A stretch of 64,000 nucleotides of DNA, taken from assembly GCA_965237675.1 (NCBI GenBank), contig OZ250150.1:480001-544000 (forward strand), written 5' to 3'. This stretch comes from Candidatus Latescibacterota bacterium (lineage in GTDB: Bacteria; Latescibacterota; UBA2968; GCA-2709665). This document shows positions 39,270 to 50,251 of this stretch, in pieces. The translations under genes and the position numbers were made by a program. The notes under the pieces were generated by a model. It saw only the letters and a list, made by a program, of their open reading frames with translations. It did not search any database and had not been told where the DNA came from. Positions within the stretch are counted from its first letter, which is position 1. Every line of letters starts with the position of its first letter.

Positions 39270-40643
39270 GTGGAGATTCAAGATAAACATCACAGGGTGT
39301 CTTTCGCAAGTCTTTCCGGCAAACAGGTAGAAGCCGCCTTCGATGGGGGCGTCCTGACCAGCCTGCCTGTGCATTGCACGCAGACAGGCGACAGCGGGGT
39401 AATGCTGTTGCGGGAGGTGGAGTACAAAATCGGCATTTTGGCTCGGATCGTTGAGGCGTTAGCCGACCCTCGGCATCCCAGTTATGTGGATCACTCATTG
39501 ACGGTGGACCTGCTCAAACAACGGGTCTTTCAGATGGCCTGTGGGTATGAGGATGCGAACGATTGCAATGCGTTACGCAAGGACCCCGGCTTCAAGGCGG
39601 CCTGTGATCGGTTGCCGCTGACCGGTGCGGCGCTGGCCAGTCAACCCACGATGAGTCGGTTCGAGAACCGGATCACCAGAGGTGACTTATATCGGATCGC
39701 GAAGGCCTTTGCCGATGGGTTTATCGCCTCGTATAAGAAACCGCCCAAAGCCATCCTGCTGGATATCGATGACACGGAAGATAAGGTGTATGGGTCTGGG
39801 CAGTTGTCGTTATTCAATGCGTATTTCAACGGCTATTGCTACCAACCGTTGCATATCTATGAAGGACAAACCGGCAAGTTGATCACGACGATTTTGCGTC
39901 CTGGCGTGCGGCCTTCGGGCAAAGAGATCGTTTCGATTCTCAAACGGGTGATCGCCTACCTGCGTCGAGCCTGGCCCCATGTGGCGATCCTGTTGCGTGG
40001 CGATTCTCATTTTTCGTGTCCGGAAGTTCACGCGTTGTGTGACACACAGAATGTGTATTTTGCCCTTGGACAAAGCGGCAATGCCAAGTTGCTGCCCAGG
40101 GCACAGCCCTTGATGGACCAGGCCAAAGCGCTGTATGCCGCTTCCGGCAAAACCGTGCGCCTTTTTTCCTCGTGGGACGATCAGGCCAGCACCTGGGCTT
40201 CGCCACGCCGCATCATCTGTAAGGCGGAAGTGACACCGCAAGGACACAATATCCGTTTCGTGGCCACCAACCTGAAACGCGCCAACCCATCATTCATCTA
40301 CAAAACCGTCTATTGTGGACGCGGCAGGATGGAAGGCTTCATCAAGAATCACAAGACCTTTCACCATTCTGATCGCACCTCTTGTCACACATTCGAGGCC
40401 AATCACTTCCGGCTCTTTCTCCACAGCGCCGCCTATGTCCTGTTGCAGACCTTGGCTGAAATGGGATTGCGCGGCACAACGTGGACGAACGCACAGGTTA
40501 ATACGCTGCAAAATCGCATCTTGAAGGTCGCCGGACGCGTTTGTGAGATGAAAACCAAAATCACGTTCCATCTGCCAACGGCGTTTCCACTCAAACACCT
40601 CTATGGCAAGATCCTCTACAATCTGGCATCGTCCGTTCCATAA
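39270..40643 (+). CDS. IS1380 transposase (DDE_Tnp_1_4) with 9-aa palindromic insertion
   Basis: FDGG.LTS, GYEDAND...LR.DP, LASQPTMSRFEN, LDIDDT, RGDSHF, Y..RGRME..IK and ANHFRL motifs. Confidence 0.9.
   Translation: MEIQDKHHRVSFASLSGKQVEAAFDGGVLTSLPVHCTQTGDSGVMLLREVEYKIGILARIVEALADPRHPSYVDHSLTVDLLKQRVFQMACGYEDANDCNALRKDPGFKAACDRLPLTGAALASQPTMSRFENRITRGDLYRIAKAFADGFIASYKKPPKAILLDIDDTEDKVYGSGQLSLFNAYFNGYCYQPLHIYEGQTGKLITTILRPGVRPSGKEIVSILKRVIAYLRRAWPHVAILLRGDSHFSCPEVHALCDTQNVYFALGQSGNAKLLPRAQPLMDQAKALYAASGKTVRLFSSWDDQASTWASPRRIICKAEVTPQGHNIRFVATNLKRANPSFIYKTVYCGRGRMEGFIKNHKTFHHSDRTSCHTFEANHFRLFLHSAAYVLLQTLAEMGLRGTTWTNAQVNTLQNRILKVAGRVCEMKTKITFHLPTAFPLKHLYGKILYNLASSVP
39361..39389. repeat. REP-like palindrome inserted in frame in the transposase
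   Basis: GCCTGCCTGTGCATTGCACGCAGACAGGC forms a hairpin; a related CCTGCGACAGACAGGC lies near 5337-5352. Confidence 0.65.
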
Positions 40644-40886
40644 CGCATCGTCCGGTTGAATCCGCCTTCACGTCTTGATCGACACCACCAAAGCCCAGGC
40701 AGACGTCTGTGCTCTTGATCGGGGCATAAAGGCCAACCTGTGACGCCCCGGCCCTACCGTGTTGCCAGCACGTGCCACTGAAACGGCTTGGACACTCCAA
40801 ATCCGTCACAGCCAGGGCTTCCTTCCGTTTCACGATTCACTCGGAACCTGTTCCTGCTTCCCGAAACTGCAATCCGTGACAATTCA

Positions 40887-42853
<1,967 letters not shown>

Positions 42854-42937
42854 TGAATTATTCAGGCTGATATTGTTCAAGTCCGGCGGACCCAATTGCA
42901 ACGGCTGGCCGAATTTAGGCTATTTCAAAGTCAAATA

Positions 42938-42966
42938 TTGACATAGCCTGATTATTCTGTTATTTT
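42938..42966 (+). promoter_or_regulatory. Sigma70 promoter TTGACA-17-TATTTT, probably leaderless transcript
   Basis: ATG 42972 lies 5 nt after the -10 box with no SD; AGGCTAT...ATAGCCT inverted repeat brackets the -35. Confidence 0.55.
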
Positions 42967-42971
42967 TCGGT

Positions 42972-44180
42972 ATGATCACACGTGACCTGACGCCAAAACT
43001 CAAGAAGGCCGCGCGCACGTTTCCGTCCATTACGCTTACCGGTCCCCGACAAAGCGGCAAGACGACTCTTTGCAGGGCCATATTCCACGAGCATCGGTAC
43101 ACAACGCTTGAGTCTCCGGACATTCGCGCTTTTGCAACGGAAGATCCACGGGGTTTTCTGGCTCAGTTTCCCAGGGGCGCAATCATCGACGAGGTGCAGC
43201 GCGCGCCAGACCTGCTCTCCTACCTGCAGGGCATTATCGACGATGATCCGGTGCCCGGACGCTGGATCCTGACGGGATCGCAAAACCTCTCCCTGCTCGA
43301 GTCGGTCAGCCAGTCGTTGGCCGGAAGGACCGCGGTTTATTACCTGTTGCCGCTTACCCGAGCGGAAGTCGAGCGATTCCCACGGTTCCCCGAGAGTCTG
43401 GAAGAAACTCTCTTTGCCGGCTCGTTTCCCCGCATATTCGACTATGATCTGGATCCATCCGACTGGATCCGTTCGTATGTCGCCACCTATATCGAACGCG
43501 ATGTGCGCACAATAAGCAATGTAGGTGATCTGGCCACGTTTCAACGTTTTGTCGAATTGTGCGCCGGCCGTACGGCGCAGTTGCTTAACTTCTCGTCACT
43601 GGCCGGCGACTGCGGGATTTCTCAGCCAAGCGCAAGAGCCTGGCTCAGCATACTTGAGACCGGTTTTCTCACCTTCCGGTTGCCGGCATTTCACTCAAAC
43701 CTTCGCAAGCGCCTCGTGAAGATGCCCAAGCTGCACTTCTACGACACGGGTCTTGTCTGCTGGCTGCTCGGTATCCGCACGCCTGAACAACTACGGAATC
43801 ATCCACTTCGCGGCCCGATTTTCGAGACCTGGGTTGTTTCGGAAATTGCAAAATACCGAACCAACCAGGGTGAAACGGGCGGTCTGTCGTTCTACCGCGA
43901 CCGCAACGGGGCCGAGGCCGACCTCATCATCGAGCATCCCTCCCACATCGAGCTTGTCGAGGCCAAGTCCGCCGATACGCCTTCGTCGAGCCTATTCGAT
44001 GGCATAAACCGCGTCCGGAGGCACTTCACCGATTTACCCCTGCCATGTTCCGCTTTCGTCGCCTATGGCGGCAGTCAACTCCAGCGCCGATCCCGGGGGA
44101 GTCTCATTCCGTGGCGAAACCTCCACGAAGCGACATCCCAGGTCAACCATGTGGACGACGACATTGGGAAGAGCCGGTGA
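42972..44180 (+). CDS. AAA_14 + DUF4143 ATP-binding protein
   Basis: TGPRQSGKT, IIDEVQ, LTGSQ, SLAGR, K.PKL.FYDTGL, FET.V and EADL..E motifs. Confidence 0.92.
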   Translation: MITRDLTPKLKKAARTFPSITLTGPRQSGKTTLCRAIFHEHRYTTLESPDIRAFATEDPRGFLAQFPRGAIIDEVQRAPDLLSYLQGIIDDDPVPGRWILTGSQNLSLLESVSQSLAGRTAVYYLLPLTRAEVERFPRFPESLEETLFAGSFPRIFDYDLDPSDWIRSYVATYIERDVRTISNVGDLATFQRFVELCAGRTAQLLNFSSLAGDCGISQPSARAWLSILETGFLTFRLPAFHSNLRKRLVKMPKLHFYDTGLVCWLLGIRTPEQLRNHPLRGPIFETWVVSEIAKYRTNQGETGGLSFYRDRNGAEADLIIEHPSHIELVEAKSADTPSSSLFDGINRVRRHFTDLPLPCSAFVAYGGSQLQRRSRGSLIPWRNLHEATSQVNHVDDDIGKSR

Positions 44181-44913
44181 CGGACATTACGGGTTTGCCA
44201 AATCGACGAGAGCCCTGCCACCGAAACCCTGATGGTAGTTCGAGAATCACCCACGGCGATTCCCTGCAAGACCTCGCTCAACGTGAACGACGTATCGTTG
44301 AGGTTGTTTCCCGATGTTTCGCGACATCGGCACGGTGCGTCGTGCGGCGCGCCTGGCAGGCGGTGTGCTCAATGAAGTGTATCTGGCGGAAGCTTCGCGA
44401 GGCAATTTCGTCATACGGGTGAATCGCGTCAGAAGATCGACGGCCGAGATCGAACGTCTTTCGTCATTCCTCTCGTACCTGAGCCTGCGGGAGATACCCG
44501 TGGACGGGTTGTTCGACTGGGATTTGCTCTGCAACGGCCCTCGGCTGTGGGATGTCGTGGTTGCATCCAGCGATCTGTCCAGGATGGTCGGGGGTCCCCT
44601 GTCCCGCCACCCCCGGGCGTGGCGGGAAAACTTCGCGCACCATCTCGCAACCTACGGGAAGGAAGCACGGCGTCTCGGAATGGACATTACCGAGACTGAG
44701 GTCAGGTCCATTCCAAGCCTGCTCGTCGCCGACATGATTCTCAGCGGCGTTCTCTTCGCGCTGCACTTGAGACAACTGCCTCTGAAGCCTTACGAAACAG
44801 CAGACCAGCGCCGTCAACGGTCGGACAGGCTCTTATCGGACTCTGTAGACGACCTGATAACAATTGACAGACAGATAGCCAACGGCACTACAGTGTTGTC
44901 CTCGGAGCCTTGA
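44177..44913 (+). pseudogene. Aminoglycoside phosphotransferase/homoserine kinase-like relic with internal deletion
   Basis: N-lobe (GG..N.VY...G.FVIR) jumps directly to GLFDWD with no HGD loop; probable frameshift near 44320. Confidence 0.5.
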
Positions 44914-45049
44914 TACGCTCAACACGGAAACACACGTATGGAACTCAACCGCGTGGTTCTGGAAGAGTTAACTGCGCTCTCTGAGCAGCCCAAACCGAAA
45001 CCAGTGGCGTCACTATTTTCAGTTTCCCCGCGGCAAGACACATATATCG

Positions 45050-45131
45050 GGCTATTTCAAAGTTGAATATTAATATAGCCTGATTCTTTCGTTTCCAGCA
45101 CCAAACCGCGGGGAGTCTCATTCCGGGGCGC
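45050..45131 (+). repeat. Degenerate copy of the AAA-ATPase promoter plus gene 3' fragment
   Basis: GGCTATTTCAAAGT..AATATT.A.ATAGCCTGATT matches 42918-42953; GGGGAGTCTCATTCCG matches about 44096-44111. Confidence 0.7.
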
Positions 45132-45213
45132 CACGGTCTGACGCGGCAGCGGCGGTCCCGCCACGCCAGGCCACAGTGTCCCGTTGCGCTGAATGAGTAC
45201 AGGAAAGGCAGAT

Positions 45214-46482
45214 ATGGATCTGAACCGTGTGGTCCTGGACCTGGGAATAGAGCAAAGCCGGGAGGTCCTTGAGTCGGCGTGGGAGGTCTCCCAGGGTGCG
45301 ATGCCATCCGGGGCGTTACAATTTCTCTCGTCGGACTATGTGAGCGAGGCCTGCCGGGGCGTTTATCTGCCGGAAGAAATCGTTCAGGCTGCCGTCGGCA
45401 CGGCGGCCCGGGTTGCAGAGAGCCCCGCGATGCGCGCGTTGGCCTGGCACTGCCACTGGTGCGTCTATCGAGTCGAGAGATATTCCAGCCGCTTCGTGGA
45501 TAATTGGCCGTGTATGACGGGCCCACTCGGGGAAACGGCAGGCCTGTTCTACCTGCTGGTCTTGCTGTCGTGGTTTCCCAAAATGCAAGCGGTACACCGG
45601 GCGCACGGGCTTTCGGAACGGGTCGTGCGCGATAGCATGGAACAGATCTACCTGCGGGGCGTGACATGCAGCGAAAGTTTCGGCCGCTGGGGTCTGGATG
45701 GGCACGCCGCCCGCTGGCTGGCCAATTTCCTCCGCGGAGAGATCTATGCCCTGGGCAGGCTGGAGCACCAGTTCAGGGTGATGGACGACCCGTTTCGGGT
45801 CTATCGCCACAGAGAATCCTCGAAGGTCATCGCACTAAGCGAGGACGGCGTTTCCTATCGACGGGACGGGCAACGCCACAGAAGCGGAGATACGCAGCCC
45901 GCGTGGACCTCCCGGCTCGTCGTCACGAGAGACGCGATTACCGGGCACCTGGTCCTCCCGAACGGCAGCGCCGTTGAAAGGACGGTAGCGCTTGCCGCAG
46001 CGGACTGGGTTCCTGTCCTCGGCCGGGGCGACCCCATCCTCTATTTCCATATTCCGGGCGGAATCCCGCTGGACCATGCGGCGTGCGGGGATTCCTTCCG
46101 GGCCGCGATGGACTTCTTCCCTCGCCATTTTCCCGAACGCCCCTACAAGGCGTTCTTCTGTGGTTCCTGGTTGCTGGACACGCAGTTGGAGGATTGGCTG
46201 CCGTCCGGGTCGAATCTGGTGCGTTTCCTGCAGGAGTTCTACCTGCTGCCGGGCGGCATTTCGGAACGGTCGATTCTACAGACGGTGTTCGGAAATGCGT
46301 CAACTGACCTGGGCGATGCGCCCATGGACACGTCGCTTCAGCGGGCTATACGGGACCATGTATCCCTGGGCAGGCGGATTGATCCCGGCGCCGGGAAATG
46401 CTTTTTGTTCCCTGAAGATCTGGACTGGGGTCGCCAGGTTTATCGAACAACGAAGTTTCCGTGGCATCTGGTACGTGATTGA
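45214..46482 (+). CDS. Acyltransferase domain-containing protein (NAT_N + GNAT_C-like)
   Basis: LGRL, HIP.G.PL, C.SWLLD and SN...F motifs; GGAAAGG RBS. Confidence 0.7.
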   Translation: MDLNRVVLDLGIEQSREVLESAWEVSQGAMPSGALQFLSSDYVSEACRGVYLPEEIVQAAVGTAARVAESPAMRALAWHCHWCVYRVERYSSRFVDNWPCMTGPLGETAGLFYLLVLLSWFPKMQAVHRAHGLSERVVRDSMEQIYLRGVTCSESFGRWGLDGHAARWLANFLRGEIYALGRLEHQFRVMDDPFRVYRHRESSKVIALSEDGVSYRRDGQRHRSGDTQPAWTSRLVVTRDAITGHLVLPNGSAVERTVALAAADWVPVLGRGDPILYFHIPGGIPLDHAACGDSFRAAMDFFPRHFPERPYKAFFCGSWLLDTQLEDWLPSGSNLVRFLQEFYLLPGGISERSILQTVFGNASTDLGDAPMDTSLQRAIRDHVSLGRRIDPGAGKCFLFPEDLDWGRQVYRTTKFPWHLVRD

Positions 46483-46540
46483 CTTGAAATGCGCGGCGGT
46501 TAGCAGTCCGTTGATAAAGTCGCTCTGCAGGCGAGGTATC

Positions 46541-46703
46541 GTGTCCCGTCCCGGAAATATCTCACCATTCATCCGCCGATTCATCCCGTCTCGCTGCGTT
46601 GCCCTCGCTCGCCGACCTTGCGCAGGTCGCCTCGCTCAGGCGCCTTGCCAGTCGGGCGACTCGGCGGGCGAATTTCGGCAATCCATTTCCGGGACAGAAC
46701 ACT
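46541..46703. mobile_element. MITE-like element (copy B, complete)
   Basis: Imperfect terminal inverted repeats GTGTCCCGTCCCGGAAAT / ATTTCCGGGACAGAACAC; internal hairpins; homologous to copies at 9318, 54616 and 63300. Confidence 0.7.
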
Positions 46704-46883
46704 TGTCCTTGTGGCCGAAGACAAGGCGCGCGACCGCGTCGAATCGGGGGATTCGGGAAGGGAGTGCAACGCAGTAATTCGGCCACAAGGGCCGGACGCA
46801 GCCCGGATGGACTTTTTCAACGGGCTGTTATGCCCTGTTACACTTGTGAACGCACCGCGAAAATGGAAACTAAGGAGGTTGGC

Positions 46884-48014
46884 ATGGAGCGGTTCGGACA
46901 GCTTGAGATGGACTACCTTGCGAAGGTCATCGCCAGCGGGACGCTGAATAGCAAGACTGGGAAATTCACGTCGCAATTGGAGGAGCGGTTCGCAGAGTGG
47001 GTCGGAGCCGAATACGCCGTGGCAATGAACAGTGCGATGAGTGTGTTGCACACGTCCGTGGCGGCGGCGGGAGTGGGGCCGGGCGTCGAAGTGATCTGCG
47101 ATCCGGTGGTCCACTTCGGCGGCGCGGCCGTGATGTATCACAATGGCGTGCCGGTATTTTGCGATATCCATGAGGATAGCTGGAATATGGATTCCGATTC
47201 GCTGGAAGCGTGCGTTACGGAATACACGGGGGCGATCATCTGTACGCCGATGTGGGGGAACCCTCCGGATTACGAGGGGATTCTTGGCGTGGCGGGCAAG
47301 TACGGGCTTCCCGTGATCGAAGACGTGGCGCACGGGGTCGGGGGCTCGTACAGGGGAAGGCCGCTAGGGACCCTGGGGTCGATCGGGTCGTACAGTTTCC
47401 AGGAGGCCAAGCACCTCACGAGCGGCGATGGCGGAATGGCGGTAACAGACCGGCCCGAGATGATGGAGAAAATGCTGGAGATGCGGATTCTGAAGACGAC
47501 CCTGGGCTGGAACTATCGCATGACGGAACTGCAGGCGGCGGTGATGCTGGCGCAGATGGACAGGGCCGAGCAGATCATTGCGGCGCACCACCGGGCGGGG
47601 GCGCTCTACTGCGAAGCCGCAACGGAGGCTCCGTGGCTCGTACCGCAACGGGTGGCGAACGGGTGCGTCCACGCCTATCACGGCGTTGCCTTTCGATTCG
47701 AAGGAGACCGCGAGGGGATCTCGGTGGAGCGCTTTCAGGAGACCATGGCCGAACACGGGTGTCGGGTCTCGATCGGGTACAAGAGACGCTCCGCGGCTGA
47801 AGATCCGATTTTCACTGAGGTCCTGGCCTATGGAAAGGGGTGTCCCATCCGGTGTCCCCATTACAAGGGCGAAGCGCGCTATGGAAAAGGGGTGACGCCC
47901 GTGGCAGACCGCGCAGTGCCCCGCATGGTCGTGATGCCGATGGACGTTTATACGCCCGGAAAAACCGAGGAATATTCGGAAAAAATCCAGGCGGGTCTGA
48001 AGGCGCTCGGGTAA
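46884..48014 (+). CDS. DegT/DnrJ/EryC1/StrS family PLP aminotransferase
   Basis: IEDVAH, YSFQEAKHLTSGDGG and GWNYRMTELQAA motifs; AAGGAGG RBS. Confidence 0.92.
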   Translation: MERFGQLEMDYLAKVIASGTLNSKTGKFTSQLEERFAEWVGAEYAVAMNSAMSVLHTSVAAAGVGPGVEVICDPVVHFGGAAVMYHNGVPVFCDIHEDSWNMDSDSLEACVTEYTGAIICTPMWGNPPDYEGILGVAGKYGLPVIEDVAHGVGGSYRGRPLGTLGSIGSYSFQEAKHLTSGDGGMAVTDRPEMMEKMLEMRILKTTLGWNYRMTELQAAVMLAQMDRAEQIIAAHHRAGALYCEAATEAPWLVPQRVANGCVHAYHGVAFRFEGDREGISVERFQETMAEHGCRVSIGYKRRSAAEDPIFTEVLAYGKGCPIRCPHYKGEARYGKGVTPVADRAVPRMVVMPMDVYTPGKTEEYSEKIQAGLKALG

Positions 48015-48097
48015 GGCGAGGATCGCGAACGGAGAACCGACCGGGCCATTCGCATTGTCGCAAAACGTGGCCCGGGTCAAATGGAGTCGGCATCTGA

Positions 48098-49120
48098 ATG
48101 AGACGAGTACGCATCGGCGTCGCGGGCCTCGGGACGTTCGGGGAGGTGCACATCCGGGCGATAAGCCGGATTCCGGAGTTTGAGCTGGTCTCCGTCTGTT
48201 CGCGTTCCGAGGAACGCGCGAGGCAAATCGCCCAGACGTATGGGGTCAGCCGCTGGTATACCGATCTACAATCCTTCGCGGCGGATCCTGAGATTGAGGC
48301 GGTAGACGTCGTGAACGAAGTGGGCAGGCACGCGGAGGTGGCGCAACTTGCGCTCAATGCGGGAAAGGACGTGCTCGTGGAGAAACCGTTGAGCGCGCGA
48401 ATGGATGAGGTCGAGGCCGTGCTGCGTCTGGCCGAAGAAAAGGGGCGTGTCGTGATGGTGGGGTATATCGAGCGGTACGATCCGAGGCGGGCGGGGATGC
48501 GCGAGCAGGTTGCGTCGGGGGAACTGGGGGATGTCGTGTCGCTGTATGGACGCCGCAATTGCGGCCGTCACTTTTTGAACATGCCCCGTTTTCAGCTATG
48601 GCCCCTCATTATCGAGCCGGGCATTCACACAGTCGATATGCTGCTGTGGTTGGCGGGATCGCGCGTGGAAAGAGTCAGCGCGGTCGGACGCAGTCACAAT
48701 GAATGGGATACGATCGATACGTGGTGGGCGATGTTGGAGTTCAATTCAGGAGCCGTGGGTGTGATCGAGCAGATCTGGCACATCCCGGAGGGAGCGCCGG
48801 CCTCCTGGCTTCACGACAATTACCTCGAAGTGATCGGCACGGAAGGGTCGGTCCAGATGCGGGATCCGCACGATGCGTTCTGGTCGTGGACACCTGAAGG
48901 AACTTGCAGCCAGGACTATTATCTCAACGTCGAGGTGGCCGGGCAGGCCGCAGGCGCGCTGGCGAACGAACTACGGTACTTTGCGCGCTGTGTCGCGAAC
49001 CGGGAACAGCCTGCGCTTGGTTCGCCGTCCGAGATCCGGCACGCGACGGAGGTTGCGCTGGCAATCGTGTCGTCGGCCCGGAAAGGGTGTCCGGTTGAAC
49101 TGAATCGATCCGAAATGTAG
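48098..49120 (+). CDS. Gfo/Idh/MocA oxidoreductase
   Basis: IGVAGLG..G, GKDVLVEKP, R.DP and H.VD motifs. Confidence 0.9.
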   Translation: MRRVRIGVAGLGTFGEVHIRAISRIPEFELVSVCSRSEERARQIAQTYGVSRWYTDLQSFAADPEIEAVDVVNEVGRHAEVAQLALNAGKDVLVEKPLSARMDEVEAVLRLAEEKGRVVMVGYIERYDPRRAGMREQVASGELGDVVSLYGRRNCGRHFLNMPRFQLWPLIIEPGIHTVDMLLWLAGSRVERVSAVGRSHNEWDTIDTWWAMLEFNSGAVGVIEQIWHIPEGAPASWLHDNYLEVIGTEGSVQMRDPHDAFWSWTPEGTCSQDYYLNVEVAGQAAGALANELRYFARCVANREQPALGSPSEIRHATEVALAIVSSARKGCPVELNRSEM

Positions 49121-49144
49121 ATACAGAGAAAGAGAACTGCGGGC

Positions 49145-50005
49145 TCAATGCCCGTGCGGCGCTTCCGTCCCATGAACGGCGGCGGATTCAACGAAGTACA
49201 GTCCATAAGCAAGTCCGATTCCCACCAGTAGGGATACGATGAGCTTGCCGCGGTCGTGGCTGTGGAAATGGATCTCCGGCAGCAGATCGCTCAAGGCGAT
49301 ACACAGAAAGGCCCCCGTCGCGAACGCCAGCACATAGCCGACTACCGACCCGTCTTCCAGGCCGAGCAAACCCATACCCCAGAAACTCGCCAGCGCGATC
49401 AGCGGGCAGAGCGAGGCAAATCCAATATTGACCGCCGTTCGTGCGCGCGAGCCATGACCGGCGAACTTCATCATGCCGATAATGGAGTACGCATCCAGCG
49501 GTTTGTGAAGCAGGATGGCGAGAAATACCCCGAGTGCGGGCAACGCCCCTCCGTCTTCAAGCGGCGAACTCACCCGCATGCTGGTGCCCAGGGCAACGCC
49601 TTCGGTCACCGTATGCACCCCGAGGCCCATGGCGACCCCTACCAGGCTGCGTGAATGTACGCCGGAATCGCCGTAGTCGTGATGATCGTAGAGACCGCTG
49701 GCTTCTGTGCTGAAGTCGTGCTGATGAAAATGGAAAATGCGCAGAAGGAAGATCATCAGGACCATCCCGGCCACCACCCACGCCATGGCTTCTTCGACAA
49801 CCTCGGGACCGGTGATGCGTTCGAGGCTGTGAGGGAAGAGATGAAACATGGCGATGCCGAGGATGAAACCGGCCACGAGACTCATCAGAATCTGAATCCT
49901 CGTGTGGGTCATGGATCCCAGAACCGCCAGTTTCCCGCCAAGAAAGGAAACGGCAAAGATGCCAACTGAGTATCCCGCAACGATGAGCAGAGCGTTTGAA
50001 TCCAC
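49145..50005 (-). CDS. ZIP family metal transporter
   Basis: H...EG.ALG, LHKP.D, His-rich loop and DLLPE motifs. Confidence 0.88.
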   Translation of the reverse strand: MDSNALLIVAGYSVGIFAVSFLGGKLAVLGSMTHTRIQILMSLVAGFILGIAMFHLFPHSLERITGPEVVEEAMAWVVAGMVLMIFLLRIFHFHQHDFSTEASGLYDHHDYGDSGVHSRSLVGVAMGLGVHTVTEGVALGTSMRVSSPLEDGGALPALGVFLAILLHKPLDAYSIIGMMKFAGHGSRARTAVNIGFASLCPLIALASFWGMGLLGLEDGSVVGYVLAFATGAFLCIALSDLLPEIHFHSHDRGKLIVSLLVGIGLAYGLYFVESAAVHGTEAPHGH

Positions 50006-50251
50006 GGTAGCGATATCCTTAAATTAGCTTGAAAAACCGTCCGACATTTCCTCGCGCGCCGGACAGGGGCCTACCACCAGGTCGATTGCGGCGACGAATC
50101 TTTGGCCCTATGCTATTCCGGGCCGAATTTTACGCAATAGCAGGGCCGCACAATGGGCGTCGCTCCACGGAGATATTTTTAGGGGCAACCCTCAGTGCCT
50201 GCTCCGGGCTGCCCCCGATAGAGTCAATATTCCGTGTCGGCCCTAACGCCT

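Noticed and set aside
42944-42957. TAGCCTGATTATTC resembling the IS1380 inverted repeat (alternative end)
   Set aside because: Wrong orientation for an alternative IRR, and better explained as part of the duplicated ATPase promoter.
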